A DNA stretch of 64,000 nucleotides from positions 37,948 to 101,947 of the forward strand of contig JAGYNZ010000001.1 in the NCBI GenBank assembly GCA_018399745.1, read 5' to 3'. A program made the translations under genes and the position numbers. Of the stretch, positions 40,130 through 47,475 are shown in pieces. This stretch comes from Deltaproteobacteria bacterium (GTDB lineage Bacteria; Desulfobacterota; Dissulfuribacteria; Dissulfuribacterales; UBA3076). The first letter of the stretch is position 1. Every line of letters starts with the position of its first letter. The notes below the pieces were generated by a model that saw only the letters and a list, made by a program, of their open reading frames with translations, was not told where the DNA came from and did not search any database.

Positions 40130-42505
40130 TTATCCTCCAAGGACTCTTTCATAGAAAAGCTTAAGGTCATGTACCTTTTCAGTTATGTCAATACCTCGAT
40201 AATATAGAGAATATAGAGGCATCTCCTCAGAGACAACATCACTCTTCTTCCACATCAGCTCTTCCACAGGGGTCAGTGCAAACTTCGCCAAAGGTCTTGG
40301 AGACCAGATCCCATGTCCGGAAATGAGGGGATTGACTCTGCAGATTTCATCAAACACCTCCTCAGCACTTGTAAATCCAAAGCCTGCGACCTTCATCTTT
40401 TCGGCTATCAGACATATAATTTTCCAGTCGGGCAAGGCCATACCTACCGGCTTTACCACAGCAGCAAGACGCTGTACCCTTCGCTCCAGAGAAGTAATGG
40501 TCCCATCTTCTTCCGTGAAAGCCACAGACGGAAAAACTACATCGGCTATCTCAAAAAGCGGTGATGGATAAATTCCGTGAAGAACTATAAAATCGACTTG
40601 TGACAGATGGGTCTTGTCAGGTATCGACCCACTGGTTATATAGAGGGCCTTCAGAGCACCTTTGCCGGCTGCCCTGATCATCTCCGAATAGCTGACTCCC
40701 GGCTCTGCAGGTAACTTTGCAGACCACGCCTCTTCTAGTTCTGACACGGCATCTTTGTCAGAGACATCTCGATAGCCAGGCAGGAAATTAGGGAGGGCCC
40801 CCATATCTCCTGCTCCCTGCTCGTTGCCTGCGATTCTCAAAGGTATAAGGCCTAAATGGCTGCCCCTTAAGAGGAGTATATTAAAGAGCAAATAGATGAC
40901 CTGTTGCGGATTACTACTTTCGAGAATCTTTGATCCATAGAGGATGCATCCTCTCTTTGACTTTAGGATCTGGGATGCAAGCTCCATTACTCTATCCACG
41001 GAAAGGCCGCAAGGCGCTATAGTCTCTTCTAAATCCATATCATGGAGAGACCTCTTGAGACTTTCAAACCCATTACATCGACTAGCTACAAAATCCTTGT
41101 CGAAGGCCTCCCTGTCCACAAGTATCTTCAGAATACCGGAAAGAAGAGGCAGATATCCGGATGGTTGAACGGGAACTAAATTGTCGACCATCCTTAAAAT
41201 TATATCATTCTCTGGACCTATCAGACAGACAGTTGCCCCCTGTCTTCTTGCTTTATTGATACTTACTGTGAGGACGGGATGTGAAGTTAGTATATCCGCA
41301 CCTAGTATTATAATCCAATCTGCGCTCTCGATATCTTCAATGGTTCCTGTTCCGGCTCCCACACCTAGGCACCGCACATGTGCATCTATTACTGGGCCTG
41401 AAAAAGCAGAGGCTATATCTATATTGTTCGTGCCCATTCCGACGCGAGCGAATTTTTGCAGCAGATAGGCTGCTTCGTTCGTCAGAAATGGTGAAGCCAC
41501 AAAACCCACTTCCTTTGGAGAATAACGACCTAATCTTTTTGCAACTAGCTCAGCCGCCTCTTCCCAGCCTGCTGGGACCAGTCTCCCTTCCTTTCTGATC
41601 AGTGGATACTTAAGGCGCTCGGCATCGTTGACTAAAGCCGGGATGCAAAAACGCCCTTTCACACAGGCCTGCCCGTGATTGGCCGGACCCTCTTCATCTG
41701 GTCTGGCAGCCATCACCTTCTCCCATTTCGCCTCCAATTTCAGTCTGCATCCAACACTACACAAGGCACAGGTGGTGGTTACCTCTCTTTCCGGAAGACC
41801 ATGCCACTTACTCCCCCTGGCAGACAGAGCACCTGTTGGGCATACGTCTACACAGGCGCCACAGAATCTACATCCCCCATCGAGATAAGATTTGCCAAAG
41901 GCAGTACCTATCTTTGTATCGTGCCCACGCTTTGTAAAAGCAATAGCCCCGATCCCTCTTACCTCCTGGCATACCCGCACACAGCGCCCACATAAAATAC
42001 AGAGGTTATAATCACGATCAAAAAAGGGATCTTCTCTCTCCATCGGAAGACCCTTATATTTAAAAGGTATTCTTATCTCCTTAAGTCCCAGATATTCTGT
42101 TACCTTTCTCAATTCACAGCGATCACGGGCGGGGCAAAAAGTGCAGCCTGTCACCCTCCCGGATTTTGGGGGACATATATAGTATTTTGCGCAGAGTTCT
42201 TTTTGATCACACATGAGACAGGAATTAGGATGCTCCGAGAGGATAAGTTCCAAAACATTTTTTCTCAGATTATGGAGTTCCTTATCCTCTGTGATGACCT
42301 TCATCCCTTCGGCAGCAGGCGTAGTACAGGCAGGGGGAAATCCACGCATATGCTCAATCTTTACCAGACACAACCGGCACGCCCCAAATGGAAAAAGCTC
42401 CTTATGAGCGCAAAGTGAGGGAATATAGATTCCATTATCTCTGGCAACTTCAAGAACAGTTGCCCCTTCTCTGAATTCTACCTCTTTGCCGTTAATAGTC
42501 AGCAT
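40130..42505 (-). CDS. NuoG/FdhF-like Fe-S subunit with a molybdopterin-oxidoreductase fold lacking the catalytic Cys/Sec
   Basis: [2Fe-2S] C..GACRLC..C; HPNSCLMC; 2x[4Fe-4S] CILCGRCVRVC and CRFCGACVDVCP; CALCSVGC..CVKG. NNIDIASAFSG stands where FDH has NNxDxCARxC/UH; no C-terminal molybdopterin-dinucleotide-binding domain. Confidence 0.85.
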   Translation of the reverse strand: MLTINGKEVEFREGATVLEVARDNGIYIPSLCAHKELFPFGACRLCLVKIEHMRGFPPACTTPAAEGMKVITEDKELHNLRKNVLELILSEHPNSCLMCDQKELCAKYYICPPKSGRVTGCTFCPARDRCELRKVTEYLGLKEIRIPFKYKGLPMEREDPFFDRDYNLCILCGRCVRVCQEVRGIGAIAFTKRGHDTKIGTAFGKSYLDGGCRFCGACVDVCPTGALSARGSKWHGLPEREVTTTCALCSVGCRLKLEAKWEKVMAARPDEEGPANHGQACVKGRFCIPALVNDAERLKYPLIRKEGRLVPAGWEEAAELVAKRLGRYSPKEVGFVASPFLTNEAAYLLQKFARVGMGTNNIDIASAFSGPVIDAHVRCLGVGAGTGTIEDIESADWIIILGADILTSHPVLTVSINKARRQGATVCLIGPENDIILRMVDNLVPVQPSGYLPLLSGILKILVDREAFDKDFVASRCNGFESLKRSLHDMDLEETIAPCGLSVDRVMELASQILKSKRGCILYGSKILESSNPQQVIYLLFNILLLRGSHLGLIPLRIAGNEQGAGDMGALPNFLPGYRDVSDKDAVSELEEAWSAKLPAEPGVSYSEMIRAAGKGALKALYITSGSIPDKTHLSQVDFIVLHGIYPSPLFEIADVVFPSVAFTEEDGTITSLERRVQRLAAVVKPVGMALPDWKIICLIAEKMKVAGFGFTSAEEVFDEICRVNPLISGHGIWSPRPLAKFALTPVEELMWKKSDVVSEEMPLYSLYYRGIDITEKVHDLKLFYERVLGG

Positions 42506-44393
42506 TAGTCATTTCCCTTTCTGATTTCCTGAAACCGGTTACCTTCTCCACTGCCCCTATCTTGGGTGGACATACCTGGTAACATGTGCCACACTTTACA
42601 CACAGGGATTGATCTATAACGTGTAATTCTTTCTTTTTGCCGTTAATGGCGCCTACAGGACATTTCTTCTTACATATTCCACAGCCCACGCATTTTTCAG
42701 AAATTACGTATTTGATCAGGTCTTTGCATACCAGAGCCGGACAGCTCTTATCTCTTATATGGGCCTCATATTCATCCCGGAAATAGCGCAAAGTAGTCAA
42801 GACTGGATTAGGGGCCGTCTGGCCCAGTCCACAGAGTGAGGCATTACGAATCGTGACGGCAAGCTCCGCTAAGCGATCAAGATCTTCTTCCTCCCCTTGA
42901 CCCGACTTGATTCTTTCTAATATGTCGAGCATTACCTTTGTCCCGATCCGACAGGGAGAACATTTTCCGCACGATTCTGCCTGGGTGAAAGAAAGAAAAT
43001 AACTGGCAATGTCTACCATACAGGTATCCTCGTCCATGACAATCATTCCACCTGAGCCCATCATTGCACCCATTTCAAGCAGACGGTCAAAATCAACCGG
43101 CGTGTCAATCAATTCACTTGGTAAGCAACCTCCGGCAGGTCCGCCAGTTTGAACCGCCTTAAGGGCCTTGTCGTCTTGAATTCCTCTGCCACACCCATAG
43201 ATGATATCGCGAAAAGTGGTGCCCATCGGAACCTCTACCAATCCGGTATTCTTTACGTTTCCTACAACAGAGAATATCGTGGTTCCTGGACTCTTTTCCG
43301 TGCCAAGGCTGGTAAACCAATCAACGCCGTTCTTAATAATCAATGAGACATTTGCCCAGGTCTTTACGTTATTGATAACGGTCGGTCTTCCCCACACACC
43401 AGAGACCGCAGGAAAAGGCGGCCTGGGTCTGGGCATACCTCTCTTACCCATTATAGATGCCATTAGGGCAGTTTCCTCTCCACAGACGAATGCACCCGCG
43501 CCCATCTTGATCTTTATGTTAAAATCGAAACCACTGCCTAAGATATTCTTACCTAAAAATCCGTATTCTTCAGCCTTTTTGATCGCTATACTGAGATGTT
43601 GAACAGCCAGAGGGTACTCAGCACGCACATAAACATATCCTTCACTGGCACCAATAGCGTAAGCTCCTATAATCATGCCTTCCAGTATGCAATGTGGATC
43701 ACCTTCCATAAGGCTACGATCCATAAATGCTCCAGGGTCACCTTCGTCCCCATTGGCTATAACATACTTGGTGTCAGTCGCTACATTCCGACAAAATTTC
43801 CATTTTGCACCTGTAGGGAAACCGCCACCACCCCTTCCCCTTAATCCTGAGTCAGAAATCATTTCTATGATCTCTTGAGAGGTCATAGAACTTAATGCCT
43901 TGCAAAGAGCTGTGTAACCTCCTTCAACTATATAGTCATCAATGCTCGCTGGATTGATCTTTCCGGTGCGACCGAAAACGTTTCGTACCTGCTTTTTAAA
44001 AAATGGTATATCTGATTCGTATCTAATCTTTTCTTTGGTCTCCGGGTCCTCGTACAACAACCTATCTATAATGATGCCATTGGCAAGGGTCTCAGACACT
44101 ATTTCTGGTATATCCGCAGGCTTTAACTTTTGATAGAAGATATTTTTGGGTCCCACGGCCATCAGCGGACCTTTCTCGCAAAAACCACGACAGCCAACTT
44201 TTTTAATTTCAACTTTATCATCCAATCCCTGTCTGGTTAATTCTTTACCAAGCACGTCAATCACTTGCATCGCTCCACTGGCACGACAGCCAGTAGAAGA
44301 ACATACTCTGACAACTGTTTTTTGGCGGTCTATGGCCTGTATAAGACTATTTCTTAATTCCTCTAAGGCAAAAACAGAATTAATCTTCTTCAT
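42492..44393 (-). CDS. HydB/NuoF-like NADH-binding subunit
   Basis: N-terminal thioredoxin-like Fe-S domain, GLRGRGGGGFP, NGDEGDPGAFMDR, GAGAFVCGEETAL, ESCGKCSPCRIG, H..C....C segment and C-terminal 2x[4Fe-4S]; start ATG 44393. Confidence 0.92.
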   Translation of the reverse strand: MKKINSVFALEELRNSLIQAIDRQKTVVRVCSSTGCRASGAMQVIDVLGKELTRQGLDDKVEIKKVGCRGFCEKGPLMAVGPKNIFYQKLKPADIPEIVSETLANGIIIDRLLYEDPETKEKIRYESDIPFFKKQVRNVFGRTGKINPASIDDYIVEGGYTALCKALSSMTSQEIIEMISDSGLRGRGGGGFPTGAKWKFCRNVATDTKYVIANGDEGDPGAFMDRSLMEGDPHCILEGMIIGAYAIGASEGYVYVRAEYPLAVQHLSIAIKKAEEYGFLGKNILGSGFDFNIKIKMGAGAFVCGEETALMASIMGKRGMPRPRPPFPAVSGVWGRPTVINNVKTWANVSLIIKNGVDWFTSLGTEKSPGTTIFSVVGNVKNTGLVEVPMGTTFRDIIYGCGRGIQDDKALKAVQTGGPAGGCLPSELIDTPVDFDRLLEMGAMMGSGGMIVMDEDTCMVDIASYFLSFTQAESCGKCSPCRIGTKVMLDILERIKSGQGEEEDLDRLAELAVTIRNASLCGLGQTAPNPVLTTLRYFRDEYEAHIRDKSCPALVCKDLIKYVISEKCVGCGICKKKCPVGAINGKKKELHVIDQSLCVKCGTCYQVCPPKIGAVEKVTGFRKSEREMTNADY

Positions 44394-44862
44394 CTTCTGC
44401 TCCTGCTTTTTCTTTAGCATACTTTGATAGAATCTTTTTCAGCTTAATAGGAGAAAAATTGCCATAATATTCATCATCAACTGTGACAAGTGGTGCCAAG
44501 GCACAGGCACCCAGACAATTGACGGTTTCCAGGCCAAACCGATAGTCGAAGGTGATTTCACCTTCATCTATTCCAAGTATTTTTTTTATGTGCATTAAAT
44601 TCAAGGAATTTCCTCTTACATGACAGGCCGTGCCGACGCATACCTTGATTAAATGATCTCCTGGTTTGGTAAATCTGAACTGGGCGTAAAAGGTTGCCAC
44701 TCCATAGATTTCATGTTCTGATATCTTGACGTCTTTGGCGATAGCGGCAACAGCCTCTTCGGAAATATATCCGCATTCTCTCTGCACATCTTGGAGTATT
44801 GGAATCAGACTCCCCTTCTCCCCTTCATGGGATTTAATTATCTTCTCGATTGTCTTCTGCAT
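44380..44862 (-). CDS. HydC/NuoE-like [2Fe-2S] subunit
   Basis: LIPILQDVQ, GVATFYAQF, CVGTACHVRG and CLGACALAP motifs; start ATG 44862 (ORF track 44892). Confidence 0.92.
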   Translation of the reverse strand: MQKTIEKIIKSHEGEKGSLIPILQDVQRECGYISEEAVAAIAKDVKISEHEIYGVATFYAQFRFTKPGDHLIKVCVGTACHVRGNSLNLMHIKKILGIDEGEITFDYRFGLETVNCLGACALAPLVTVDDEYYGNFSPIKLKKILSKYAKEKAGAEDEED

Positions 44863-44986
44863 GATATCAATACCTTTGCTGGCATTCTGCAATAACCCGA
44901 TGTATCCACCTGATCCTTTAGCCGAACAGCCAGACGAATAATATTCTCGAAAGTTCCCCTAAAGATGAAATATTGCATATGGATGG

Positions 44987-46159
44987 TTAGTCTCCGACTG
45001 GTGGAAAACACAGCGTTTTGCCCGTACACAATATTTCAAGTTTGTTTTCATCTATTATAAAACCCAATCCCTGTCCTCTTATAATTTCAGCTATACCACT
45101 AAAACCAAAAGAAAAATTCTCCGATGTTATATTTTGGGAAAGTAGATAACTATCATAAGAGCCATCAACATACATTGCCTTCGGAAGAATAGATGCTGCA
45201 ACCCGGCCTACGGCAGAAAGAATTCCAGTTTCCCCAACGTGGCATCCAACTTGATACTGAAGTCCTCCTCTTTCTGCAATTTCAGCCAGCTCTAAAATTT
45301 TAAGCAGTCCCCCGTTCTTTGAAAGCCGCAGATTGATCATATGGTAACTTCTCCTTTCCACCATAGATTCTATATCACTCACGGTAAGGGCGGATTCATC
45401 TGCTACAAATTTAAAATCCAGGTTCTCTGGATCCTTAAGAAAATAGAATATTTCCTCTCTATGTCTGCCAAAAGGCTCTTCAACCAAAAATATTCCATAT
45501 TTGCGACATAATTTAAGACATGCGAGTGCTATATCTAATGACCAGGAGGCATTAGCATCGACCCTTAAATCAAAATCTGGTCCCAGTTTTTCTCGTGACA
45601 GCCTAAATATTTTTTCATTGTAATCTAAATCAGTTCCGACCTTGATCCTTATATGACGAATATTTGCCCTTTCATACCTATCCAGAAAATATTCCGCTAC
45701 TGATAAGGGAAGAATAGGAAGAATTCCACCATACTGAATCGATTGTTTGGCAGGTCTTTTCTTTAATACATCATAGATATCCTCTCCTGAAGTATGACAA
45801 AATATGTCCAGCAATGCTGTTTCCGCTGCACATAGCAAAGGAAGTTCATGCGATTTGAGCGGCAGGAAATTAAAATATTCCTTTACTTCTTTCCAAGAAA
45901 TATCCTTTTCCAAAAGGGGTTTAAAAATTTTTGTCATGATTTTTTTGGCATTTTCCAGTAAGCAATCATTTCCACCGATTTCGCCTGATACATAATCTCG
46001 TATAATAGCTTCACCGAATCCCCTTTTACCTTGACCCTCAATTTTGAGAATCAGGGAATCAGAAAAGGATCGGGATGCCATTGCATGAGTAAAATCCATC
46101 TTGAATGGGATTTTTAATGCGTAGAGTTCTGCTTTTTCAAGCTTTACATGTTGCGTCAT
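44987..46159 (-). CDS. Enolase-superfamily protein (muconate cycloisomerase/dipeptide epimerase subgroup)
   Basis: GFGEA, RIKVG, RVDAN, VEEPF, ADES and GCHVGET motifs; start ATG 46159. Confidence 0.85.
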   Translation of the reverse strand: MTQHVKLEKAELYALKIPFKMDFTHAMASRSFSDSLILKIEGQGKRGFGEAIIRDYVSGEIGGNDCLLENAKKIMTKIFKPLLEKDISWKEVKEYFNFLPLKSHELPLLCAAETALLDIFCHTSGEDIYDVLKKRPAKQSIQYGGILPILPLSVAEYFLDRYERANIRHIRIKVGTDLDYNEKIFRLSREKLGPDFDLRVDANASWSLDIALACLKLCRKYGIFLVEEPFGRHREEIFYFLKDPENLDFKFVADESALTVSDIESMVERRSYHMINLRLSKNGGLLKILELAEIAERGGLQYQVGCHVGETGILSAVGRVAASILPKAMYVDGSYDSYLLSQNITSENFSFGFSGIAEIIRGQGLGFIIDENKLEILCTGKTLCFPPVGD

Positions 46160-46285
46160 AATTATTGATAACTTACTGTAATAAAAATATCCTATCAACA
46201 GATATTCGATTTTGTGAACTTAGGTGTTAAAATCATTAGTTACTGCTTAACTACGGAAAGACATCATCTTTCTTAGATTATAAAA

Positions 46286-46690
46286 ATGTACAATCGTAGC
46301 CTTTTAAAGTATAATATTAATTTAGAACCAATTCTTGTATCCGTCCTGATCATTAGCTGTTTCTTATTATCAAAACACCTGTTAATCCCGCATCAAAAGG
46401 AAGCGATTCAAGCACCCCTGAAAACAGAAACTATTGCAAACAATACACAAAATTCTCATAATGCAAAGGAGTTGCTCTTTTTTCGTCCCATGGATATAAA
46501 CAGTGCGTCTTTAGAGGAACTGACCCTGCTTCCCGGAATAGGCGAGGTTAATGCCTGCAGAATTGTTGAATTTCGCCAGGGTATTGGTTTTTTTCTCTCT
46601 ATTGATGAACTTGACACCATAGATAGTCCCCTGAATCCGAAACTATTGAAGGCTATAGCCCCATATCTGGCTGTTGATTTTGATTGCTAA
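46286..46690 (+). CDS. ComEA-like helix-hairpin-helix protein
   Basis: N-terminal TM segment; MDINSASLEELTLLPGIGEVNACRIVEFR motif. Confidence 0.82.
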   Translation: MYNRSLLKYNINLEPILVSVLIISCFLLSKHLLIPHQKEAIQAPLKTETIANNTQNSHNAKELLFFRPMDINSASLEELTLLPGIGEVNACRIVEFRQGIGFFLSIDELDTIDSPLNPKLLKAIAPYLAVDFDC

Positions 46691-47459
46691 TACCCATAGT
46701 CCATCAGCCCACATACTTGCCATGGCCGGCAAGGGCGGTACCGGAAAAACCACTCTCAGTGCTCTCCTGATCAGATATCTTGTGGAGAAAGGAATGACTC
46801 CTGTATTGGCGGTGGATGCCGATGCTAATGAAAATCTTAATGAGCTTGTCGGCCTTTCAGTTAAGACCAGCCTGGGAGATATAAAAGAAAGGATGAAGAC
46901 AGATACGCCTCCCGGAATGGCCAAAAAAGACTATATGGAGATGTATATAAATCAGGCCATTATAGAGACCAAAGGTTTTGACCTGCTGGTCATGGGTCAG
47001 CCCGAAGGTCCTGGATGCTACTGTATGGCCAATACGATCTTGGCACAAGTAATAGAGGGGCTGGCCAGGAATTACCATTATCTCATAGTCGACAATGAGG
47101 CGGGAATGGAACATTTGAGCCGCATGAATCTCCGGGACATACATACTTTATTTGTTGTGTCTGACCCTTCAATCCGGGGGATAGTCACAGCAGCACGCAT
47201 AGCTGATCTTACCAAGGCATTAAAAGTAGAAGTAAAAAATAAAGTGCTCGTAGTAAACAGGGGGCCAAAGGACCTGCCGAAAGCGCTGGAAGAACAGATA
47301 CGGGAGGTTGTACAAAAAACCGATCTTTTGTTTGGAGAATGTATTCCGACAAGCGAGGATATTCTCCAAAGTGAACTCCAGCAGGAATCTCTGCTGAAGC
47401 TATCAGCTAAAACCGAAATAGTACAGATAATAACACGTTTTTTTGACAAATTTTTATAA
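46674..47459 (+). CDS. cooC: CooC/AcsF-type nickel-insertion ATPase
   Basis: GKGGTGKT, VDADANENL, EGPGCYC (CxC) and DNEAGMEH motifs. Confidence 0.88.
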   Translation: MILIANTHSPSAHILAMAGKGGTGKTTLSALLIRYLVEKGMTPVLAVDADANENLNELVGLSVKTSLGDIKERMKTDTPPGMAKKDYMEMYINQAIIETKGFDLLVMGQPEGPGCYCMANTILAQVIEGLARNYHYLIVDNEAGMEHLSRMNLRDIHTLFVVSDPSIRGIVTAARIADLTKALKVEVKNKVLVVNRGPKDLPKALEEQIREVVQKTDLLFGECIPTSEDILQSELQQESLLKLSAKTEIVQIITRFFDKFL

Positions 47460-47475
47460 TTTTTTGGTAGACACT

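Noticed and set aside
44838-44978. 46-aa ORF MQYFIFRGTF... upstream of the nuoE-like gene
   Set aside because: Overlaps the nuoE start, has no clear RBS and no recognised family.
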